A stretch of 64,000 nt of DNA from Tubiluchus corallicola (lineage: Eukaryota > Animalia > Priapulida). How positions within the stretch are numbered: position 1 is the first letter of the stretch; the number at the start of each line of letters is the position of its first letter. Below, one piece after another: positions 42,601 to 54,550 of the stretch. Under the pieces are notes generated by a model that ran no database searches, had not been told where the DNA came from, and saw only the letters and a program-made list of their open reading frames with translations. A program made the translations under genes and the position numbers. The stretch spans positions 1 through 64,000 of the forward strand of contig JAQGDQ010000866.1 of NCBI GenBank assembly GCA_030141605.1. The letters run 5' to 3'.

Positions 42601-44608
42601 ACCCAGCCCATGGCAAAGTAGTCTCGTATCGACCATCAATGTGTTTGATGGATAAAGGAAACTCGTCCTTTTCCGTGTCAGGATGAATGTTCATGGACTC
42701 CAACTGCCACCAAGATTCACAGATATTGGCATCTGCATTCCTAGAGTACAGAGTGCGTACAAGAGGAACCAAGGAGGAATGTTGTGACAGGGAGTTAGGA
42801 ACGCAACCACTCAAGGTCCAACCAAAGATGGTAGGAATCAGCATAAGATTGGAGTGGAAGATGGGAGCATTAGGGGTAAAGATGTGAGGAAGGGCATCAT
42901 TACCAACCAATACATCAATAGGCAATTGTAATTGACTGTAATCATCAGCATAATCTAAACCTTGTGGTAACATAGTTAAGCACGACAATTCAACACCCTG
43001 AAGGGGTGAACATATGAAGGGAACAACCCAACAATTCATAAAATACCATTGATCATCATACATACTACGCAGTTTGAACTCATATTTCTGTCTGTTAATT
43101 GAGGAAGTATTCGTCCCACCAAAAGTTTGAACTTGAAACAACTTACATTGAGTAGCCCGTTTGCGTTGAATTTGTTGACTGAGAGCTTCGCTGATGTAAG
43201 TCTCTTCCGATCCACTATCCAGGAGTAGACGAACCGGACGATCAATTCCATCCATGTGGACAAGAACTGTCTGTAGAACGGTGCGGTGACCATTGCTGGT
43301 AGTTTTCACCATGCAGTTGAGTTTAGAAGAAGGCGGATCACAAACAACACTAGGAGAACTTCCGCTGAATGCACTGTTTGAAGAAACACGATGCAGCAGT
43401 GTATGATGCAAGGAACCACATTCTTGACACACATTCTTGGATGTGCACTGTTGTAATCGATGTGACCATAAACAATTGAAACACAAGTGTCTGTCCCTGA
43501 TGAGCTGCTGTCGAGCATCAACGGACAAGCTTAAGAACTTCTGACAATGGAAAGGGGTTCTGCACGAATCGCCACACAATAAACATGACTGACTGTTATT
43601 GGTGCCCCTTGTCAGAAATGTAGAACGTTTACTAGAACACTGTTTCACAGTTGGTTGAGGAGGCTTCTCGACGAAGTAGTTGACTTCTCTGACACGCTCA
43701 CGAGCTTGGATGTCATCTCTGAGAAACTCCATAAGTTCCGTGACTGTACCTTCTTCGTCCGCATCCTTCTTTGCCCATTGGAGACGAAGATGTGAAGGAA
43801 TACGAGACAACAGGACCGGTATTAGTAACCGACCATAAGAATCCGAAGTGGCATGGAGGGCTTCGAGACCCCGTACGTTTGTCTCAAGTTGATCGAGCAC
43901 TTTACGAAGTGGCTTCGCATCGAGAGAGGTGCATGGTTGCAATCGAAGAAGTGCTGACATATGCGCACTTATTAGTGCTTCTTTGCGTCCGAACCGACGC
44001 TCAAGTAGATGAATGGCGGTTGCATAATTAGCTGAAGAAAGAGGCAACCCGGCAATGGCTGTGGCAGGCTCACCGCATAGTTGACCTTTCAAGTAAGTGA
44101 ACTTCTGCACAGGTGCTAAATGCTCATGAGAATGAACAGCAGCATCGAACTGCTCCCAGAACGCCAGCCATTCCAGAATCTGGCCATCAAATTTCGGCAG
44201 TATTAGCTTAGGTAAGCGAGTAAAAGCTGTTGAACGAGCAAGTGAATTGTCAGAGAGAGTGTCAGCTCGGCTGACACCTGCGGCAGGACCAGTGGTAGGA
44301 TGGTCAGCTGCGGAAGCAGGGCCAAGAAATTGATTGGCACGATGTACTTCACGTGTAATTCGCCATTTGTACTCATCAGCAGATTCGACTTCCTCATCGA
44401 GTGATACCTGTTCGGCGTCAGCGTCTAACAACTGTGACAAGATGTTGTTGTCTGCTTCAAACAGGCGTTCTGCCCTTTCAGTAACAATTGATAAGAGAAG
44501 GCTTACCTCTTCTTTCCTCGGAATCTCTTGATTTAGCTCGTCAGCCTTAGTGAGTGAAGATCTCAGAGCTCGACGAACTCGTTTAGTTTTCTCCACTTGC
44601 TCCGTCAT
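39684..44608 (-). pseudogene. BEL/Pao gag-pol polyprotein, broken by a frameshift in RT (about 42167) and a premature stop (39900-39902)
   Basis: Gag LPKFDG..EW..FW..F and Cys/His knuckles; protease LLDSGS; RT ADIEKAFL and YVDN; RNaseH CDSSEAAY; integrase HHCC, GLDHFGP, YSDNA, WWGGYWERL; frame resumes after the TGA with GDIVLV..PRWRWPLGRI..PGRDG to a stop at 39684. Confidence 0.92.
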
Positions 44609-44661
44609 GTTGACGACAGAAGTAGAAGTCCTGTGTGGTTATCCCTGTGCGCTGTCTGGGC

Positions 44662-44683
44662 TCGAATCCGGCTCGAAGGACCA
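44662..44683 (-). other. Primer-binding site complementary to the tRNA-Tyr 3' end
   Basis: Minus strand TGGTCCTTCGAGCCGGATTCGA, 2 nt inside the 5' LTR boundary. Confidence 0.85.
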
Positions 44684-44685
44684 TA

Positions 44686-45118
44686 TGTGAAAGATATTTG
44701 TGAAGACGAAATTGAACACTGGTATAAACAACTAAACACAAGATTAAATATTTGCACAAGAACTGAAACACTTTTATTGCACTAAATACACATGAGTAAA
44801 ATGCACAAGTAGAATGATGATCACAACTGCTGCACAGCACTGAGTGTGTGACAGAGAGACAGTGTGTAACATGACTGCACTGCCTGAGACAGAGAGTGAC
44901 TAGCAGTGAAATCTAGCCAGTTTATATATGTAGAGAAGTATGCAAGAACTGGGCTTCACATATCCCATTACAGAAAAATAGGGGAGATACAGTGAGTTTG
45001 AATATTCATTGGAACATACAATTGCATTAAGGGGTGAATTCAACTAGTAAATGTTTCGAATAAACAAGTAACGAATCAATAGATGGCAGCACCTAAATAT
45101 ACAGTTATAACTTTCACA
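44686..45118 (-). repeat. 5' LTR of the BEL/Pao element
   Basis: Terminal inverted repeats tgtgaaag...ctttcaca. Confidence 0.95.
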
Positions 45119-48100
45119 TTGTGTTTCTTACAGGTGTATCATTGTGTGTCTCATATCATCATTGTGTTTCTTACAGGCGTATCATTGTGTGTCTCATATC
45201 ATCATTGTGTTTCTTACAGACGTATCATTGTGTGTCTCATATCATCACTGTGTTTCTTACAGGCATATCATTGTGTGCCTCATATCATCTCATCATCACT
45301 GTGTTTATTACAGGCGTATCATTGTGTGCCTCATATCATCATTGTGTTTCTTACAGGCATATCATTGTGTGCCTCATATCATCACTGTGTTTCTTACAGG
45401 CATATCATTGTGTGCCTCATATCATCACTGTGTTTCTTACAGCCGTATCATTGTGTGCCTCATATCATCACTGTGTTTCTTACAGGCGTATCATTGTGTG
45501 CCTCATATCATCATTGTGTTTCTTACAGGCATATCATTGTGTGCCTCATATCATCATTGTGTTTCTTACAGGCATATCATTGTGTGCCTCATATCATCAC
45601 TGTGTTTCTTACAGGCATATCATTGTGTGCCTCATATCATCACTGTGTTTCTTACAGGCGTATCATTGTGTGCCTCATATCATCTCATCATCATTGTGTT
45701 TCTTACAGGCGTATCATTGTGTGTCTCATATCATTGCATCGTCACTGTGTTTCTTGCAGGCGTATCATTGTGTGCCTCATATCATCATCGTGTTTCTTAC
45801 AGGCATATCATTGTGTGCCTCATATCATATCATCATCACTCTGTTTCTTACAGGCGTATCATTGTGTGCCTCATATCATATCATCATCACTCTGTTTCTT
45901 ACAGGCATATCATTGTGTGCCTCATATCATATCATCACTGTGTTTCTTACAGGCATATCATTGTGTGCCTCATATCATCATTGTGTTTCTTACAGGCGTA
46001 TCATTGTGTGTCTCATATCATCATTGTGTTTCTTACAGGCGTATCATTGTGTGCCTCATATCATCTCATCATCACTGTGTTTATTACAGGCGTATCATTG
46101 TGTGCCTCATATCATATCATCATCACTCTGTTTCTTACAGACGTATCATTGTGTGTCTCATATCATCATTGTGTTTCTTACAGGCATATCATTGTGTGCC
46201 TCATATCATCTCATCATCACTGTATTTATTACAGACGTATCATTGTGTGTCTCATATCATCATTGTGTTTTTTACAGGCATATCATTGTGTGCCTCATAT
46301 CTTCACTGTGTTTCTTACGGGCATATCATTGTGTGCCTCATATCATCATTGTGTTTTTTACAAGCGTATCATTGTGTGCCTCATATCATCTCATCATCAC
46401 TGTGTTTCTTACAGGCATATCATTGTGTGCCTCATATCATCTCATCATCACTGTGTTTCTTACAGGCATATCATTGTGTGCCTCATATCATCTCATCATC
46501 ATAGTGTTTCTTACAGGCGTATCATTGTGTGTCTCATATCATAATTGTGTTTCTTACAGGCGTATCATTGTGTGCCTCATATCATCTCATCATCACTGTG
46601 TTTCTTACAGGCGTATCATTGTGTGCCTCATATCATCATTGTGTTTCTTACAGGCATATCATCGTGTGCCTCATATCATATCATCATCACTCTGTTTCTT
46701 ACAGGCATATCATTGTGTGCCTCATAGCATCTCATCATCATTGTGTTTCTTACAGGCGTATCATTGTGTGTCTCATATCACCATTGTGTTTCTTACAGGC
46801 GTATCATTGTGTGCCTCATATCATCTCATCATCACTGTGTTTATTACAGGCGTATCATTGTGTGCCTCATATCATATCATCATCACTCTGTTTCTTACAG
46901 ACGTATCATTGTGTGTCTCATATCATCATTGTGTTTCTTACAGGCATATCATTGTGTGCCTCATATCATCTCATCATCACTGTGTTTATTACAGACGTAT
47001 CATTGTGTGTCTCATATCATCATTGTGTTTCTTACAGGCGTATCATTGTGTGCCTCATATCATCTCATCATCACTGTGTTTATTACAGGCACACATTTGC
47101 CTCATATCATCACTGTGTTTCTTACAGGCATATCATTGTGTGCCTCATATCATCACTGTGTTTCTTACAGGCATATCATTGTGTGTCTCATATCATCATT
47201 GTGTTTCTTACAGGCGTATCATTGTGTGCCTCATATCATCACTGTGTTTCTTACAGGCATATCATTGTGTGTCTCATATCATCATTGTGTTTCTTACAGG
47301 CGTATCATTGTGTGCCTCATATCATATCATCATCACTCTGTTTCTTACAGGCGTATCATTGTGTGCCTCATATCATCACTGTGTTTCTTACAGGCATATC
47401 ATTGTGTGTCTCATATCATCATTGTGTTTCTTACAGGCGTATCATTGTGTGTCTCATATCATCATTGTGTTTCTTACAGGCGTATCATTGTGTGCCTCAT
47501 ATCATCATCTGTGTTTCTTACAGGCATATCATTGTGTGTCTCATATCATCATTGTGTTTCTTACAGGCGTATCATTGTGTGCCTCATATCATATCATCAT
47601 CACTCTGTTTCTTACAGGCGTATCATTGTGTGCCTCATATCATCACTGTGTTTCTTACAGGCATATCATTGTGTGTCTCATATCATCATTGTGTTTCTTA
47701 CAGGCTATCATTGTGTGTCTCATATCATCATGTGTTTCTTACAGGCGTATCATTGTGTGTTCATTTGTTTCTTACAGGCGTATCATTGTGTGCCTCATAT
47801 CATATCATCATCACTCTGTTTCTTACAGACGTATCATTGTGTGTCTCATATCATCATTGTGTTTCTTACAGGCATATCATTGTGTGTCTCATATCATCAT
47901 TGTGTTTCTTACAGGCATATCATTGTGTGTCTCATATCATCATTGTGTTTCTTACAGGCGTATCATTGTGTGTCTCATATCATCATTGTGTTTCTTACAG
48001 GCGTATCATTGTGTGTCTCATATCATCATTGTGTTTCTTACAGGCGTATCATTGTGTGTCTCATATCATCATTGTGTTTCTTACAGGCGTATCATTGTGT

Positions 48101-49118
48101 GCCTCATATCATCACTGTGTTTCTTACAGGCATATCATTGTGTGCCTCATATCATCTCATCATCATTGTGTTTCTTACAGGGGTATCATTGTGTGCCTCA
48201 TATCATATCATCATCATTGTGTTTCTTACAGGCATATCATTGTGTGCCTCATATCATCACTGTGTTTCTTACAGGCATATCATTGTGTGCCTCATATCAT
48301 CACTGTGTTTCTTACAGGCATATCATTGTGTGCCTCATATCATCACTGTGTTTCTTACAGGCGTATCATTGTGTGCCTCATATCATCACTGTGTTTCTTA
48401 CAGGCATATCATTGTGTGTCTCATATCATCATTGTGTTTCTTACAGGCATATCATTGTGTGCCTCATATCATCATTGTGTTTCTTACAGGCGTATCATTG
48501 TGTGCCTCATATCATCATTGTGTTTCTTACAGGCGTATCATTGTGTGCCTCATATCATATCATCATCACTGTGTTTCTTACAGGCGTATCATTGTGTGCC
48601 TCATATCATCATTGTGTTTCTTACAGGCATATCATTGTGTGTCTCATATCATCATTGTGTTTCTTACAGGCGTATCATTGTGTGTCTCATATCATCATTG
48701 TGTTTCTTACAGGCGTATCATTGTGTGTCTCATATCATCATTGTGTTTCTTACAGGCGTATCATTGTGTGCCTCATATCATCACTGTGTTTCTTACAGGC
48801 ATATCATTGTGTGTCTCATATCATCACTCTGTTTCTTACAGGCGTATCATTGTGTGCCTCATATCATCACTGTGTTTCTTACAGGCATATCATTGTGTGT
48901 CTCATATCATCATTGTGTTTCTTACAGGCGTATCATTGTGTGTCTCATATCATCATTGTGTTTCTTACGGGCATATCATTGTGTGCCTCATATCATCACT
49001 TTGTTTCTTACAGGCATATCATTGTGTGCCTCATATCATCTCATCATCACTGTGTTTCTTACAGGCATATAATTGTGTGCCTCATATCATCACTGTGTTT
49101 CTTACAGGCATATCATTG
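45119..49118 (+). repeat. Minisatellite with a 43-bp unit (51-bp variants), about 85-90 copies; the unit is the PIGN splice acceptor plus 11 exon nt
   Basis: Unit tgtgcctcatatcatcactgtgtttcttacag|gcatatcattg; the last copy runs directly into PIGN coding sequence. Confidence 0.95.
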
Positions 49119-52100
49119 ACGAAGTTGGATCCTGGGGTGTTTCTCACACACGTGTTCCTACTGAATCTAGACCAGGTAATGTTGCAGTTATTGCTGGCTT
49201 CTATGAGGATGTGGCTTCGGTAACTAAAGGTATGTGGCTTCAGTAACTAAAGGTAATTGTTTGTAAGCATAAACTCCTCGTGGTTTATCGTTATTTGTCT
49301 AGCTACATTGGTTCATAGTTCGTATATTATATTCTTTCTGATGTTGTGATATGCTAAATGAAAATGTAGTTCAACATGCAGCGTGATATACGAAAAGTCC
49401 TCAAATTTTAAGTTTAAAAGTCCAAAATTCTGCTTCACCTCTGTGATCTCAATTGAATATATTTGAACTCAGAGGTACGGCACCTGCTTTTTGTGCAATG
49501 TGTTTCCGGCATGCAGCTGCTACTGCACGTCTAACCGCGAATGATGAAGTGCATGTAACAGCGAAGAACTAGATGCACCGAATGCGAGGTTACGTTTCTG
49601 CGGTTCGTTCGCATAAGTCTTTCTTGAAAAATGAGCAGGTTTTGTCGGATAGACGTTTTGAGCTACAAGTTTATAAGATTGGGTCCGGTTTTTCCTTTAA
49701 GAAGACTGCGAAGTCGTGTAGTGACCAAGAAAGACAAACGTATCTGATCTGTCAAGGACAGGAGGCAGCGCTGGCATTATCTCATGTGCCAAACAAATTC
49801 TAGTTTTCCGTTTCTCGTGTTACGATATTGGGGTTTATAACTTGTTCCATAACAACGTAGCAATAATATTTTATAATCACCTGATATTATACTAAACTTA
49901 TTTTACATCAAAATGGAATTTATTGCTGACCGGCTTCAAACAAAACTGTTCATTATCAAGAGCTTCCAAAAGAAAGAAATTTTCCAGAATTTAGAAACAA
50001 CATCGAAATACAATTCAGTAGTTAATAGCCAAAAGATATATGATATAATATTAGATAGATAATTTAACAAATTACATATCTTGATTGGTACGAAACTATT
50101 TAACACTCCACAAACTAACAAATATGTCAGTTGTAACAAAACTGTCAGTTCTATACTATCTGTCTTAGTTATTAACTACTGAATTGCATTTCAATGTTGT
50201 TTCTAAATTTTGGTAAATTTCTATCTCTTAGATGCCTTGATAATGAACAGTTTGTTCGAAGTCTGTCGGCAATGAACTCTATTTTGACGTAGTTACATTT
50301 GTTCTTCCAAATATGGATAATTCTAAGCTTATTTTATATTGATACAGTTTTTATCTTGTAACAGGCTGGAAAGAAAACCCTGTTGAATTCGACTCATTGT
50401 TTAATGAAAGTCGTTACACTTGGTGTTGGGGCAGCCCAGACATCTTGCCAATGTTTGCAAAAGGTAAGCATGCTGAACAAGTTTCTGAACTCTATTTCAG
50501 TTCACAGTAATGCTTTAACTTCTTCAGGACTGTAAGTGTTTGCTGTGTGTTAGTAAAAAAATAAATACAGTAACATCCCAAACTTAACTTCTTCAGGACT
50601 GTAAGTGTTTGCTGTGTGTTAGTAAAAAAATAAATACAGTAACATCCCAAACTTAACTTCTTCAGGACCATAAGTGTTTGCTGTGTGTTAGTAAAAAAAT
50701 AAATACAGTAAAATCCCAAACTTAACTTCTTCAGGACTGTAAGTGTTTGCTGTATGTTAGTAAAAAAAATAAATACAGTAACATCCCAAACTTAACTTCT
50801 TCAGGACCATAAGTGTTTGCTGTGTGTTAGTAAAAAAATAAATACAGTAACATCCCAAACTTAACTTCTTCAGGACTGTAAGTGTTTGCTGTGTGTTAGT
50901 AAAAAAATAAATACAGTAACATCCCACACTTAACTTCTTCAGGACCGTAAGCGTTTGTTGCATTTTGAATGGTTTCGTAAAAAACTGCTCTCACTAAGCA
51001 GCGATTAGGTTATATGTGACAATTATTGTAGGTTTCTATTCCCCACACAATGGACTTTCGTGCATAATTATATATGAAATACATTTGCTTACCTAAATAA
51101 ATTAAAATTCGATTTTTGACCGGAAAATTGAAAACTTTCAGTAACTGCAGTGTTTGCACTGTAACAATGTACAGTATCACTTGTGTTGTGTGAAATCAGC
51201 TAATGTAGAAAATTTCAACTATCCAGACACAACACTCTGATAAACTTTGGCCTCAAGTCTACTCTATTTTTAAGAAGGAAATCCTATTAAAAGATGAAAT
51301 TACCTTAATTTCTCTTTGGCTGATTGGTTGGTTTTTCCTGGAACTCTGTACACCAGACACTTCTCTTGAGTTGTAGCAAGCAGGTAATCAATAAAATTGT
51401 GTGTACGATCACGCAAGTGTACACCAGACTAAGCTACTCGATAGGCTAAGTTGGAGTGCCTGAATAAGGCACATTTTCTTGGAGTTAAATCACTTATAAA
51501 TGTTTAAACAAACAGCACGATTGGACAGCCGAGATCCTGCTGAATAGAACAATACCTAATTTGTAATCATTTAGTTATGTCTGTGCTCATACAGTAGCAG
51601 AAACGTCATAGGTCTTATAAGACCTATTCCAGACTGTTACAGGTACAGGTGGCGATGTTGGAGTCTGAGCTAGAAGGAGGAAATCTTAGGTCTGCTCTGT
51701 CATGCTGGGCTGGTAACCTAAAGCACAAGAAAACCCTTCATAAACATAAAGCTTGAAAAATTTGTTTTGATATATTATATCACTTACATACTGCCTTTTT
51801 ACATGCAGGACTTCAGTCAGCAGTAACGTTGTCTAAAACATGTAAATTTAAACTCCTACGATGACCGTTAGATGCAGCCATTTTCACGACAGGTCATTTG
51901 AAACAAGTTTAGGTAACATTTTGTAAAGTTTGAAAAAATAATCAGAGCACAAGTCACCAACTGAATAAAATTTAATATAACTGTATCTTGTCAATAAGAT
52001 TAAAAATACGTTTTTCGCTTAGTAAGTAGTGCACCCTGTAGGGTGAGTCAGCGACATTTTACCAATTGGCGAAAACATTTTGAATAATTAATAATTTTCT

Positions 52101-54513
52101 TTTCTAGTTACATAAGTCTTTCTAGCAGGTAAGCGAAAATTTAAGCAATATAGATTTGCACGGAAAGTCTTTTGAGACATAATTTAACATTGCCTTTTCT
52201 TCCCCTGATTTACGTTTGGTGCATGGCGTCATGTAATGGCGACTTCGGAACAGTATTGCGGGAGATTTAAAATGAAAACAAAAAATTCCTTTCAGTGCGA
52301 GTACGATATACACATAAAATTGTTATAAAGTATTATAATTTTTTAAGGCGATTTTTCTGAAACCAACTTCAGGAACCTCTTTTCTTATCCTTTAAGTCAT
52401 AGAGCATGGAAGTACTAATCCCAGGTCACTGGTTCAAATCCTGACTGGTCAACAATTTTTCACTGTCTAATTCTCCAACTCATTACCCGCAGTAGGTAAT
52501 AATTGGTAAAATAAACCGTAATGGTTCATAAAAAACTTCTGACAAATCACAGTCATAATTAATTATAATTATTATCTCATGTTGTAATCTACAGGAGCGA
52601 GTGGATCCCACATCTTCACTCACATGTACGAAGCTGAATTTGAGGATTTTGCCTCCGAAGACGCATCAAAGTTAGACGTCTGGGTTTTTGACAAAGTCAA
52701 AGTGAGTGTATTCAAAGCTTAAGGGTATCACAGCAATGCGTCTTAACTTTAACCGTCACATGACGTGTGGGTAAAGCAATGTAGTCTGCCACATCAGTTT
52801 AGTAAGGTTAAGTGTATCACAGCAACGCATCTTAACTTTAACCGTCACATGATGTGTGCGTAAAGCAAAGCAGTCTGCTACATCAGTTTAGTAAGGTTAA
52901 GTGTACCACAGCAACGCATCTCAACTTCAACTGTCACATGATGTGTGGGTAAAGCAAAGCAGTCTGCCACATCAGTTTAGTAACTTCAGTTGTTTTTTGT
53001 GGACTTTACATAATTATGCACTAGTCTGTGCGTAGAGTGATTTACTAGCAGGATGTTGCTTGGGATGAACTAGGTAAGGTTCTAGTTGGCTGTCAAAACT
53101 TACTATTACAACAGCATAGGCTGTGAGGCTTTGTCAAGTGTACACTAATGTGTTGTCTGGTACACTTAACCTTTGACCTCTTCACGATCATCATCAATCG
53201 TGGGAACTGTGAAAAGGTTTACTGTATGTGGAATTTCGGTGAACTTTTAACTGCTGGTATTTTCTGACTATTTTGTTATAATAGATTCATTTAAATTAAT
53301 GCGACATTTTGACTATTTTTGTGCTCAGGAATTTTTTGAGAAAGCTAAAAAAGATGAAGAATTAGCTGAGAAGATAAGCCAGGATAAAGTTGTTTTCTTC
53401 TTACATTTGCTGGGACTGGACACACAAGGTCATTCTCATAGACCCATGTCACGGTAGGCAAACCTGTGTAATTAAACTTCTTTAATACTACAGTAGGCAC
53501 CACTTAATAGACTCACTTTGGGATGGAAGTATTTTGACCCAATTAACCGACTGAATCAATTAGCCGAAGGGTTTAGTATATTATTGCTATACATACACTC
53601 ACACACTCACTCGCTCGCGCGCACACACACACACACACACACTCACATACACACACACTACACACACACACTACACACACACACACACACACTACACACA
53701 CACACAACACACACACACTACACACACACACAGAACACACACACACTACACACACACAACACACACACACAACACACACACACACAACACACACACACTA
53801 CACACACACACAGAACACACACACACACTACACACACACACACTACACACACACAGAACACACACACACAGAACACACACACACACACACACTACACACA
53901 CACACAACACACACACACTACACACACACACAGAACACACACACACTACACACACACAACACACACACACAACACACACACACACAACACACACACACTA
54001 CACACACACACAGAACACACACACACACTACACACACACACACTACACACACACAGAACACACACACACAGAACACACACACACACACACACTACACACA
54101 CACACAACACACACACACTACACACACACACAGAACACACACACACTACACACACACAACACACACACACAACACACACACACACAACACACACACACTA
54201 CACACACACACAGAACACACACACACACTACACACACACACACTACACACACACAGAACACACACACACAGAACACACACACACACACACACTACACACA
54301 CACACAACACACACACACTACACACACACACAGAACACACACACACTACACACACACAACACACACACACAACACACACACACACAACACACACACACTA
54401 CACACACACACAACACACACACACACACACACACTACACACACACACACACACACACGCACACACACACACTACACACACACACACACTACACACACACA
54501 CAACACACATACA

Positions 54514-54550
<37 letters not shown>

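Larger units (their letters stand above)
39166..45118 (-). mobile_element. BEL/Pao LTR retrotransposon, near full length, disabled
   Basis: Two near-identical LTRs, PBS, PPT, and gag-PR-RT-RNaseH-IN domain order. Confidence 0.96.

Noticed and set aside
44655-44685. Possible tRNA-Tyr gene
   Set aside because: Only the 3' 22 nt including CCA are present, next to an LTR, so it is a PBS
45083-49223. Very long ORFs (up to 1332 aa) rich in H/C/I/S
   Set aside because: Artefact of a stop-poor 43-bp satellite that is open in all three plus frames; the region is intronic to PIGN
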